Positions 31,486 to 40,483 of a stretch of DNA of 64,000 nt are shown here, piece after piece. The notes under the pieces are model-generated. The model was not told the DNA's origin and made no database searches. It was given only the letters and a program-made list of their open reading frames with translations. Numbering within the stretch: position 1 is the stretch's first letter; every line of letters begins with the position of its first letter. The position numbers and the translations under genes were made by a program. The DNA comes from an uncultured Phycisphaerales bacterium (GTDB lineage: Bacteria > Planctomycetota > Phycisphaerae > Tepidisphaerales > Tepidisphaeraceae): positions 896,001-960,000 of the forward strand of contig CAVWLP010000002.1 in the NCBI GenBank assembly GCA_963755915.1. The letters run 5' to 3'.

Positions 31486-32610
31486 TCATTGGGCGGGGCT
31501 ACTGTAATCCGGACGCATGACGGGGGTCAGGTCCACGCCGGTCGCGGATTGGACTGACTGGATCAAATCCTGCGCCGTTTGCGGAGGGTGATTGCGCCAG
31601 GCGGGGAGTACTTTAGCAAGCGCGGAATCGCCGGATTTGGTCAGCAGGGTTTGGATCACCAGGGCCCCTTTGGGCAGGAGCATTTCATCATATTGAGCCA
31701 GGTATTCTGGGCGGATTTGCGAAGGGTCGAGGGTGTTGGTCAGGTCGATGGCCAGATAGGGGCGGGGCTCGCCGGGGCGGCCGATGAGCTGCTCCGTCCA
31801 GTATTGCCGCGACATCCCGGTGATTTGCGAGCAATATTTGACGGCAAAAAGGTTGCAGGCGCCGAAATCGATCCACTGAAGCTGGGCGGGGAGGTTCAAG
31901 GGCGCGAAGACGGTTTTATGGATGAAGATCTCCAAGATGTGCTCGGCCTGGTTTTGGGAGAAGAGTGAGATGTCGCCGGCGAGGAGGGCTTCGAGGGTTT
32001 TGGCCTGTGTTTCGAGCGCATCGCGGCGGGTGGGAGTTGAGTCGCCGCCCTGAAGCGGGACCCACCAGATCAGATCGTCCATCGGCTGCAGCGCGGAAAG
32101 GTGGAAGAAGGGGGAATATCCAACATCATTTGCATAGCGGTTATAGTGGAACCGGGGATCGGACCACCCGGCGACCAGCAGCGAGGCGAGATCCTCGTGG
32201 GTGATGGGGAAATAATAGACGTTAAGCTTCATCGCCGACATTTTCTGGAGGCCGGTGAGGAGATCGTTGTCGAAGAAGGCATCGACAACTTTGGGATCGG
32301 CAAGGGCGAAATCCCCGGTAATCTGCGTGATAAGATCGGCCCGATGCTGATTGGCCGCGGAGACCAGGTCGGAAGGCATGGTGGTGGGACGCGTCGTGGG
32401 CGGAACGGAGGCGAGCGCCGATTTCACCCAGTCCTCGTCAGCGGACAAACAGAAGGCGGCGCGATCGCCGGACGTGACGATGTGATAGCCGGGCGGGACG
32501 ACTGCTTTGTGCGCCGCCGGCTGGGTGGACGGATCGGGCGTTGGATTAGCTTGAGCCAGCGCGGCGAGCAGCAGCAGCGGACAACCAAGGATCGCGATCC
32601 AGCGGAACAT
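31486..32610 (-). CDS. hypothetical exported protein
   Basis: Signal peptide; PSTQP/TTRPTT motifs. Confidence 0.7.
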   Translation of the reverse strand: MFRWIAILGCPLLLLAALAQANPTPDPSTQPAAHKAVVPPGYHIVTSGDRAAFCLSADEDWVKSALASVPPTTRPTTMPSDLVSAANQHRADLITQITGDFALADPKVVDAFFDNDLLTGLQKMSAMKLNVYYFPITHEDLASLLVAGWSDPRFHYNRYANDVGYSPFFHLSALQPMDDLIWWVPLQGGDSTPTRRDALETQAKTLEALLAGDISLFSQNQAEHILEIFIHKTVFAPLNLPAQLQWIDFGACNLFAVKYCSQITGMSRQYWTEQLIGRPGEPRPYLAIDLTNTLDPSQIRPEYLAQYDEMLLPKGALVIQTLLTKSGDSALAKVLPAWRNHPPQTAQDLIQSVQSATGVDLTPVMRPDYSSPAQ

Positions 32611-32625
32611 TCAATCGCCCCCGGA

Positions 32626-34252
32626 TTACTTTGCCCTCGGAGGCAAAGTGAGACTCTTAATCCTGGTGATGTTGGGCCGGCCCTTAAGGCGGCTGAAGAG
32701 CGCCTCGGGCGCCGGGCTGTCGGTTTTGATAACCATGATCGCGGTGGCCTTTCCCGCGGAATCAAATTCGCGGCTGATGACCATGTCGGCGATGTTGACC
32801 TTGGCGTCGCCGAAACTGGACCCAACGAGCCCGATGACGCCCGGCTCATCCTGATTGATGAGGATGACCATGTTTCCTTCGGGGATAAGGTCCATGCTGT
32901 ACCCGTCGATGCGGAGAACGCGGGGCCAGCCGTCGGCGTAGACCGTTCCGAGGACGCGGTGGGTTTCGCCGTTGGGGCCTTCAGCGCGGATTCCGACGAT
33001 GTCGCCGACCAATCCCGCCGGCGGATTGGGCTCGTGGACGGTGGTGAGCGCGATGCCGCGGGCGCGGGCGAGATGCTCCACGTTGATGACATTCACCCCA
33101 GTGTCGAGGTGGGGGCGAAGCAGCTCGACGGTCGCGACGCGCAGCAGGGTGTTCATGTGCTTGGGGGCACGCGTGCCGCTGGCGCGGAGGGTGATGGTGC
33201 GGTAGCCGCCATCGAAGAGGGAGGCAAGGATCGCGCCAATTCGGCGGGCAAGCTCGACGAAGGGCTTTTCGTCTTCGGGGAGATCGAGCTTCAGGCCGCC
33301 GGCGTTAACGGCGCCGCGGATTTCGCCGGTGTTGAGATAAGCGACGATCGCCTTGCACGCCTCGACGGAGACGGCGGTTTGCGCTTCATCCGTGCTGGCG
33401 CCGAGGTGCGGCGTGAGGACGGCGTTTTCGATTCCAAGAAGCGGATGATCTTTCGCCGGCGGCTCGGTCGCGTAGACGTCGATGGCGGCGCCGGCGATTT
33501 TCTTCGCGGTAAGCGCTTCGGCGAGGGCGATTTCATCGACGACTTCGCCGCGGGCGTCGTTAATGACGAGCAGATTGGGGCGGCACTTGTTCATCAGCCG
33601 CTCGCGATTGAGGAGGTGCTTGGTTTCTCCGCCGCCGGGAACGTGGAAGGTGATCACGTCGATCTGGGAGAGGAATTCGTCGAAGTCGCGAATGAGGCGG
33701 ACTTTTCCTTCGAGGGCCGTGGGGCCGGTGAAGTAGGGGTCGTAGCCCACGACGTTCATTTCCATCGCGAGAGCGCGGGTGGCCACGGTTCGTCCGATGC
33801 GGCCAAGGCCGACAACGCCAAGGGTTTTGCCGGCGAGCTGTGTGCCCTGGTACTGGCTGCGCTTTTTCCAGTCGAGCGCCCCGTCTTCAGGCTGTTATTC
33901 GCCTGCGGGATTTTTCGGGCCAGGGAGAGCAAAAGGGCCAGCGCATGCTCGGCAGTGGAAAGAGTGCTGGCCTCGGCGGTGTTGAGGACGAGGATGCCCT
34001 TGGAAGTGGCGGCTTCAAGGTCGATGTTATCGACGCCGACCCCGGCCCGGGCGATTGCCTTGAGCTTGCCCGGCTTCTCGAGCACGCGGGCGGTGACCTT
34101 CGCACCGAGCGGACGATGAGGGCGTCATATTCCCCAACCGCGGCGGCGAGCTCCTCTTCCTTCAGGCCAACCTTCGCGTCGAAGTCGGCCTTTTGTTGCT
34201 TGAGAAAATCGAGACCTTCCTGGGCAAGTTTATCGGCGACGAGAATACGCAT
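32626..34252 (-). CDS. serA: D-3-phosphoglycerate dehydrogenase (frameshifts near 34105 and 33870)
   Basis: MRILVAD..LIVRS; ARAGVGVDNID; TAEHA; INDARG; LTPHLGAST; C-terminal ACT domain. Confidence 0.9.
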
Positions 34253-34494
34253 GGAAACTACCTCCGAACTTTCTATGGTTAAAGGGCCAAGATGGTAAGG
34301 ACGGGGGGCGGTGGGTTCAAGGGACGGGAAGCAATTGAAGGATGGATTGGCAGCGATCTGACGTTCGCACTAACGGGGCGCAACTATCGGAGCTTGGGAG
34401 TCTTAGGGGAATTCCTTTGAGGTATCGGGGGCGTGGGGGGAGCGACCCTATGCCGCGGATCCGGTTCATGAGAATGAACCTACCGAGTTTACGC

Positions 34495-35070
34495 TCACTT
34501 CCCACCCCCTTTCAGCGCCGCAAGCTCCCCTCGCAGTGATTCGATCGAATCAAGGATTTCGTGATGCCGCTTGTCCTCGCTCGTTGGCGTCTTCTGAACG
34601 AACGTAATCGTCCCCGTCGGTTCAAGCACGGCGCTCTCGACCTCGGCGAGTGAATCAATTCCCTGCCGATGTGCCGCGGCCACCAATTCGGCGCGAGTAA
34701 TGAACTGTTTATTGAGGTCCCGCCGGTTAACGCGGCCCTGGCGGATCAGATAGTCGCGCTTCCCTTCAACCAGCGTATCGAGCTTTGGAAACCGGAACAA
34801 AATGCGAACGACCAGGTAGTTGATGGCCAGCAACGTCCCCGCGCCGATCATTCCGCCGGTAACGCTGTTGTCATCTCCGATGATCGCGTTTTGCACCGTG
34901 TTCGAGAGGGTCAGAAGCACGATCAGATCAAAAGGATTCAACTGCGCCAGCTCGCGCTTGCCGGAGAGGCGAATTCCGACGATCAGGAAGATATAGACGA
35001 GGATTGGCCGCAGAATCTTCTCCAGCAGAGGGAGCTGGAGGGTGAACATGTTAACGAGTGTTTCGTGCAT
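34495..35070 (-). CDS. DUF421/YetF family membrane protein
   Basis: RLSGKRELAQLNPFDL; AVLEPTGTITF. Confidence 0.88.
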   Translation of the reverse strand: MHETLVNMFTLQLPLLEKILRPILVYIFLIVGIRLSGKRELAQLNPFDLIVLLTLSNTVQNAIIGDDNSVTGGMIGAGTLLAINYLVVRILFRFPKLDTLVEGKRDYLIRQGRVNRRDLNKQFITRAELVAAAHRQGIDSLAEVESAVLEPTGTITFVQKTPTSEDKRHHEILDSIESLRGELAALKGGGK

Positions 35071-35207
35071 GGTGAGTTCCTTATTTCAATCCCATCGGCA
35101 GCGACGGCCGCTGATTTGCAATGGAGCATTTTCACGCCTGCCGGGGTGATTGACAATCCGGCGGGTATCCCCCTTTCTTCCCACTGATTAACCCTCTCGC
35201 GCAGCGT

Positions 35208-35237
35208 GTGCCGCCGGTGTCCCCACCGGCGGAATCC
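35208..35237 (+). repeat. REP-like palindrome (empty copy)
   Basis: GTGCCGCCGGTGTCCCCACCGGCGGAATCC. Confidence 0.75.
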
Positions 35238-35401
35238 TCGCTTAGCGCCGACCCAGCCGCAAGGGATAAGAAGAGGCCGAATTTGGCGTGAGACGGAATG
35301 GGACGAAATGGGACGGTTTTGCAGATATCTATTAGTGTATACTAACTAGCAGAATAATGTAGATTTTGGCGTACCGCACAAATATGAGGGGAAGAGGCGC
35401 G

Positions 35402-35455
35402 GTGCCGCCGGACTTCGGCGAGCTCAGTCGAGCCGTGTCCTCACCGGCGGAATCC
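35402..35455 (+). repeat. same REP-like palindrome carrying a 24-nt insert at 35411..35434
   Basis: Matches 35208..35237 (one substitution) apart from inserted GACTTCGGCGAGCTCAGTCGAGCC. Confidence 0.85.
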
Positions 35456-35482
35456 GGCGGAGATTAAGTTCTCCGCCCCATT

Positions 35483-35649
35483 TCAGTCATTCCCGTGCCA
35501 GAACCTGAGCGCGCTCTGGCAGCCGGTGGCGTTGTAACGGGCGCAGAGGTTTTTGATCGATTCGCCATCGTCGGTCCGAGCGTTTGCATTGGCGCCGTGG
35601 TGGAGGAGGAAGACCATCAGCTCCGTATCGCGGTTGGACACGGCGTAGG
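35483..35649 (-). pseudogene. 3' part of an ankyrin lipoprotein gene split by IS21
   Basis: YAVSNRDTELMVFLLHHGANANAR continues the ankyrin repeat cut at 38505. Confidence 0.8.
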
Positions 35650-35765
35650 TGTCATGGGGCGCACAAACCGGCCAATTGAGGGCGCGCCAAAACCGGCCAT
35701 TTTGAGGCACAGGAGATTGGGTTATCGACCTTGGCTTTCGGCGGTTGCCGCAAGCCAATGGTGGG

Positions 35766-37495
35766 ATGGCCAATCAACTCAAGATGGCGGAAGTACAAGC
35801 AATTTTGGCACTTGCGCAGCGGCTGGTCCAATCGGAACATCGCCCGCCAACTCGGCGTTCACCGGGAGACCGTTGGACGCCACATCCGGTTGTCGGGCGG
35901 CGATCCTGCGGCGCCCGGATCGGATTCAAAACCGGCCAGCGCGCCCCTCGGCTCGACGGTGCTCGCCGCAGGCGGCTCGACGGTGCTCGCCGCAGGCGGC
36001 TCGACGGTGCTCGCCGCAGGCGGCTCGACGGTGCTCGCCGCAGGCGGCTCGACGGTGCTCGCCGCAGGCGGCTCGGAGAGCGCGCCCACCGGGTTATCCG
36101 GCGCGCCCATCGGGTCGGTCAGTACGGCATCGCCCTGGCGTGAGGTCATTGTTCAGAAGTTGGAAGCCGGGCTGACGGCCCAGCGGATTTATCAAGACAT
36201 CTCCAGCGATCACGGCTATGCCGGCAGCTATTACAGCGTGCGCCGGTTCATCAAGAAGCTCTCGGCTGCCGCGCCGGCGCCCTTTCGCCGGATGGAATGC
36301 GAGCCGGGAGCCGAGGCGCAGGTGGACTTCGGCCGGGGTGCGCCCTGGTCGGTCCTGACGGCAAACGCAAAGCAACCTGGGTCTTCCGCATTGTGCTGAG
36401 CCACAGCCGCAAGGGGTACGCCGAGGCGGTGGAGCGGCAGACGACCGATGATTTTCTGCGTTGTCTGGAAAATGCCTTTACGCACTTCGGCGGGATGCCG
36501 TCAGCGCTGGTGATCGACAATCTTCGCGCGGCGGTGACGCGGGCGGACTGGTTCGAGGCGGAGTTGTGTCCCAAGGTCCGGTCGTTCGCCGAACATTATG
36601 GAATCGCCATTCTGCCCACCAAGCCGTACACGCCGCGGCACAAGGGGAAGATCGAGCGGGGCATCGGCTATGTGAAGAGCAATGCTCTCAAAGGCCGGCA
36701 ATTCGCCTCGCTCTCGGATCAGAACGCGCATCTGCTGACGTGGGAGAAGAGCGTGGCCGACACGCGCATCCACGGCACGACGCGGCGGCAGGTGAAGGAA
36801 GTCTTCGAGCAGGTAGAGAAGCCGGCACTGTTGGCTCTGCCGCCGGTGCGATTCGATCTTTTCACCGAGGCGTTGCGCAGTGTTCACCGCGACGGGCACG
36901 TGGAGATCAAGGGGGCGTACTATTCGGTCCCGCCGGAGTTTTTGGGCCAGCGGGTCTGGGCGCGGTGGGACGGCGCACGGTCCGGCTGTTCGATCAGAAG
37001 ATGCGTGCGATCGCTCTGCACGCGCAGCGTCCGCCGGGCAGGTTCTCGACGCAAGACGCCCATATCCTGCCGGAGAAGATCAGCGGCATCGAGCGTGGAA
37101 CGACCTGGCTTCTCCAGCGGATCGAATGCATCGGGCCGCACGCCACGCAGTGGGCGCAGTCAATGCTTCAGCATCGCGGCATCGAAGGCGTGCGCGTGTT
37201 GATGGGGCTGCTGTCGCTGGCCAATCAGCAGCCGCGACCGGCCGTGGAACGAGCCTGCGAGATTGCTCTGGGGCATGGCGCGTATCACCTGCGCTCCCTG
37301 CGGCAGCTCATCGAACACCAAAACGGTGCGCCGGTTCAACAACACTTCGAGTTTGTTCAGGAACATCCAATCATCCGCGGACTGGCCGATTACGGACAGT
37401 TCGTACGCGACGCAATCACCCAAGCGGAGGCTTTGCCTGCCGCACAACCTTTACAGGCCTGCCCTGAGCAGAGCCGAAGGGAGTCCACCCCATGA
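35766..37495 (+). CDS. istA: IS21 transposase (several frameshifts)
   Basis: HTH IARQLGVHRETV; EAQVDFG; VIDNLRA; KGKIERGIGYVK; RIHGTT; YYSVP. Confidence 0.88.
35950..36075 (+). repeat. five perfect tandem 24-nt units plus 6 nt inside istA (GSTVLAAG x5)
   Basis: GGCTCGACGGTGCTCGCCGCAGGC repeated without spacers. Confidence 0.95.
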
Positions 37496-38382
37496 GACCT
37501 TCGTTGATGCAGACGCTCAAGCAACTTCGGCTTTCAGGTCTGGCGAGCAGCCTTGAAGTTCGCCTGAGCGAGGCGGCCGGCAATCGGCTCGACCACAGTG
37601 AGTTTTTGGAACTGATCCTTCAGGATGAACTGAACGTCCGATCCAGCCGGCAGATCGGCCGGCGCGTCAAGGCGGCGATGTTCCGCGACACCAAAAACCT
37701 CGACGAGTTCGACTTCTCCTTCAACACCTCCATCAAACGCAAACAGATTCACGATCTGGCCGCCGGCCAGTTCATTCGTGACAAACGTGACGTGCTCTTG
37801 CTGGGTCCGCCCGGCGTGGGCAAATCGTTTTTGGCCCAGGCCATCGGACACCAGGCGATCAAGAGCGGCTTGGTGGTCCTGTACCGATCCATCTTCGACC
37901 TGGCCCGCGACTTTTTAGGCGACGAGGATCTGGGAGCCCAGGACAAGACGCTGGCCCGGTATCTCAAGCCTGATCTGCTTATCATCGACGACATGGGAAT
38001 GAAGCAGCTTCCGCGGCGCAGCGGCGAATGCCTGCTGGAGATCGTCATGCGCCGGCACGAGAACCGCTCGACGATGATGACCAGCAACCGTCCACTGGAG
38101 GACTGGGCCAAGCTGATCGGCGACGTGCCGGCGGCCACGGCCATTCTGGATCGGTTCCTGCAGCACGCCACGATCATCAACATCACCGGCAAGAGCTACC
38201 GCCTTCGGCATGGGGGCCATTCGACTTCGCTCACGGCAGGCCAATCCGGGACACCGGAAAAGACAAATCCAAAAGGACGGCGGAGTACCGCCGGCGATGA
38301 AGGGTGCTCCCCCCCGGAAGACACCGTGACAGAGCCGCCGTTGTCTTCTGATGTGGGGGTATCCGCCGGCCAGACGGCGTGA
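37492..38382 (+). CDS. istB: IS21 helper ATPase
   Basis: GPPGVGKS, LLIIDDMG, TSNRP, AILDRFL, GKSYRL. Confidence 0.93.
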   Translation: MRPSLMQTLKQLRLSGLASSLEVRLSEAAGNRLDHSEFLELILQDELNVRSSRQIGRRVKAAMFRDTKNLDEFDFSFNTSIKRKQIHDLAAGQFIRDKRDVLLLGPPGVGKSFLAQAIGHQAIKSGLVVLYRSIFDLARDFLGDEDLGAQDKTLARYLKPDLLIIDDMGMKQLPRRSGECLLEIVMRRHENRSTMMTSNRPLEDWAKLIGDVPAATAILDRFLQHATIINITGKSYRLRHGGHSTSLTAGQSGTPEKTNPKGRRSTAGDEGCSPPEDTVTEPPLSSDVGVSAGQTA

Positions 38383-38504
38383 ACGGGGACCAATAACTCA
38401 AGGAACAGTTGCGTCGGATAGAACGGATGCGGTATAGAATACGTCAGCACATTGGCCGGTTTTGAAGCGCCCCGCCCTGGCTGGTTTTGGTGCGCCCCGT
38501 GACA

Positions 38505-38903
38505 ATGGGCAAGCGGCGTCCATCCCGCATTATCACGCGCGTTAACATTTGCGCCGCGGAATACCAGGTAAGCGGCAACGTGAACCTGGTCGTAAGACGC
38601 CGCAACAAGCAGCGGCGTCATCCTGGCATTGTCCAGCGCTTCGATCTCCGCTCCGTGATCGACCAGCACCTGTGCCGCACTCAGCTGGCCCGAATAGGCG
38701 GCCCAGTGCAGGGCGGTATAACCATTGCTGTCCTGGCTGTTGACGTCATACCCGGCCTTAATTTTCTGCAGAATCGTGCTGGTATCAGCCTCGCTTACAG
38801 CTTGCTGGGGTGGGATTGGTTGATCGGCGCAGCCGCAGAGCCCCAGGGTGACAAGTAGAAGGCAACCTAAATGCCAATAATTGTGGACTTTTCTCGCATC
38901 CAT
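38505..38903 (-). pseudogene. 5' part of the ankyrin lipoprotein gene split by IS21
   Basis: LCGC lipobox; GYTALHWAA, RMTPLLVAA, GWTPLAH, then the IS end. Confidence 0.85.
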
Positions 38904-39132
38904 GATTGACTGTATTTCGGCATATTTGGGCCGCGAAAAAACAATGGGAGGAGAAATAAAGGGGGATATGAAGCGGCCACTTCTGGTCAGTTCCCAATTT
39001 TACGGGGCTGTTCTTATCTACTGTTCCGCTTTCTACTGCTCCACTTTCTCGCGAAGCGGCCCCTCCCCGTGTAGCCGCCCCGCGAGCGGGGCGAGTCGCC
39101 TAACTTCCAACATGCTATTCGCGCGCCTGTTC

Positions 39133-39633
39133 CTACGAATCTGATCGCAGCCCTACCGGAAACCCCCGCCAGCGGGAATCACGGCGGCGCTTCAAAACTC
39201 CCCAAAGCTGGATCGCAGGGATAATTGCGGCTGGAATCCAGATCGCGTGATACATCACCCACCAACGTCGTTCTTCAATTCGAGTGCCACGCACAAACTG
39301 GTCCATCCCAAACTGATTGGCAATTCTAAGGTGATAGTAATAACCGCCGACCAGATACCTCCAAATGCCTTTTCCTGGCAGTACACCGCCACTGGGTTGG
39401 CCCAATTCCAGTTGCCACCTCCAAGACGCCATTCCCTCCCAATCGGGGAAATTACTTGTCAGAACTCCCCACTCTATGTGCCCGCGGTATGAATCCAAAC
39501 CCTCCATACGCCCGGGCACCGATTTCCCGAAACCATCTGACGCAAAATAACTGCGCAGCCAGAATCCCGAGATCAGAAGACAGAGGCCCCATGAAAAGTA
39601 AACTGCGAACTTCACCGGAAGCCCTTCTCGCAC
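39133..39633 (-). CDS. hypothetical membrane protein
   Basis: FWLRSYF and terminal GFPV; hydrophobic segments at both ends. Confidence 0.6.
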   Translation of the reverse strand: MREGLPVKFAVYFSWGLCLLISGFWLRSYFASDGFGKSVPGRMEGLDSYRGHIEWGVLTSNFPDWEGMASWRWQLELGQPSGGVLPGKGIWRYLVGGYYYHLRIANQFGMDQFVRGTRIEERRWWVMYHAIWIPAAIIPAIQLWGVLKRRRDSRWRGFPVGLRSDS

Positions 39634-39698
39634 CAGAGTTTTCCTGCGTCAGGTGCGGCTCCAACTGAAGGGGACACGACCGTCCTGAGTTCAGAAAT

Positions 39699-40462
39699 TT
39701 AACGCGCTGCTTTTAGGTCTCTGCTCACCGTCGTTCCGCATTCCGGACAGAGATCCGGTGTCGCCCGCATGTCATAGCCGCAGGCAGGACAAAGCCCGTG
39801 CCGAATCCGGTGACGCCTGGTTATCTCCACCGAATATCTCCGAATCGACGCTGCGAGCCAGACGATCGGCGCTACCGCAAAAATTTGGCTTAGCGTTTGG
39901 AGGTAGCACACCTCTATCGTTTCGGTTCGCAACGGCCGCGAAAAGTCGCGAGGTTCCATCAAATACCCTGGCGCTTCTGAGCTGAGATACCGAACCTTAG
40001 GATACGGCCCATCAGCGTCAGCAACGTAGCCCCGGCCGTCCGCCCGAAGGGCGTACTCTGCGTATGCGGTCGCAATTGTGATCCCGTAGACTGGGTGCCT
40101 GGTAGACGAAGTAGGATAGCCGCGCCCGGTCCTAATATAGGCGAGGGGGCCTGGCGCCTTCGAACTCCTGGTGTTCCACCACCTCAACGGCTGAGGGCCT
40201 GGCCAACCATGGGTAACACTCGCGAGAATCTCAGCGCGATGTAACCGTCAATTGCCATAAGCAATCCGCCGGTCGTGAAAAAGCGAGCCCTCTCATACCG
40301 CCGCCGACCATCCCGCGCGACGATTGTCATCGCGCATAAAACAAACGATAGCGCAGCTACGAACGTGCAACCTTTCTGTGCAGCTCGTCGCCACCTTGGA
40401 TGGTAGTGAAGCATCAGAGTCGGCCCACGAATTCTATGCTCGCCTTCCGTCGTCAAGCCCAT
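39699..40462 (-). CDS. membrane protein with C-terminal zinc ribbon, probably one frameshifted gene
   Basis: N-terminal TM helix in 40184..40462; [19 protein letters not shown] in 39699..40187. Confidence 0.55.
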
Positions 40463-40483
40463 TAAAACTGCTTTCAGTTATCT

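Larger units (their letters stand above)
35650..38504 (+). mobile_element. IS21-family insertion sequence
   Basis: Ends TGTCATGGGGCGCAC.../...GTGCGCCCCGTGACA with repeated AAACCGGCCA boxes; contains istA and istB. Confidence 0.93.

Noticed and set aside
32626-34252. serA and other split genes as true pseudogenes or programmed frameshifts
   Set aside because: Small indels are scattered through many unrelated genes with otherwise intact motifs, which points to long-read assembly error.
35950-36075. CRISPR array
   Set aside because: The units are contiguous with no spacers, and no cas genes are present.
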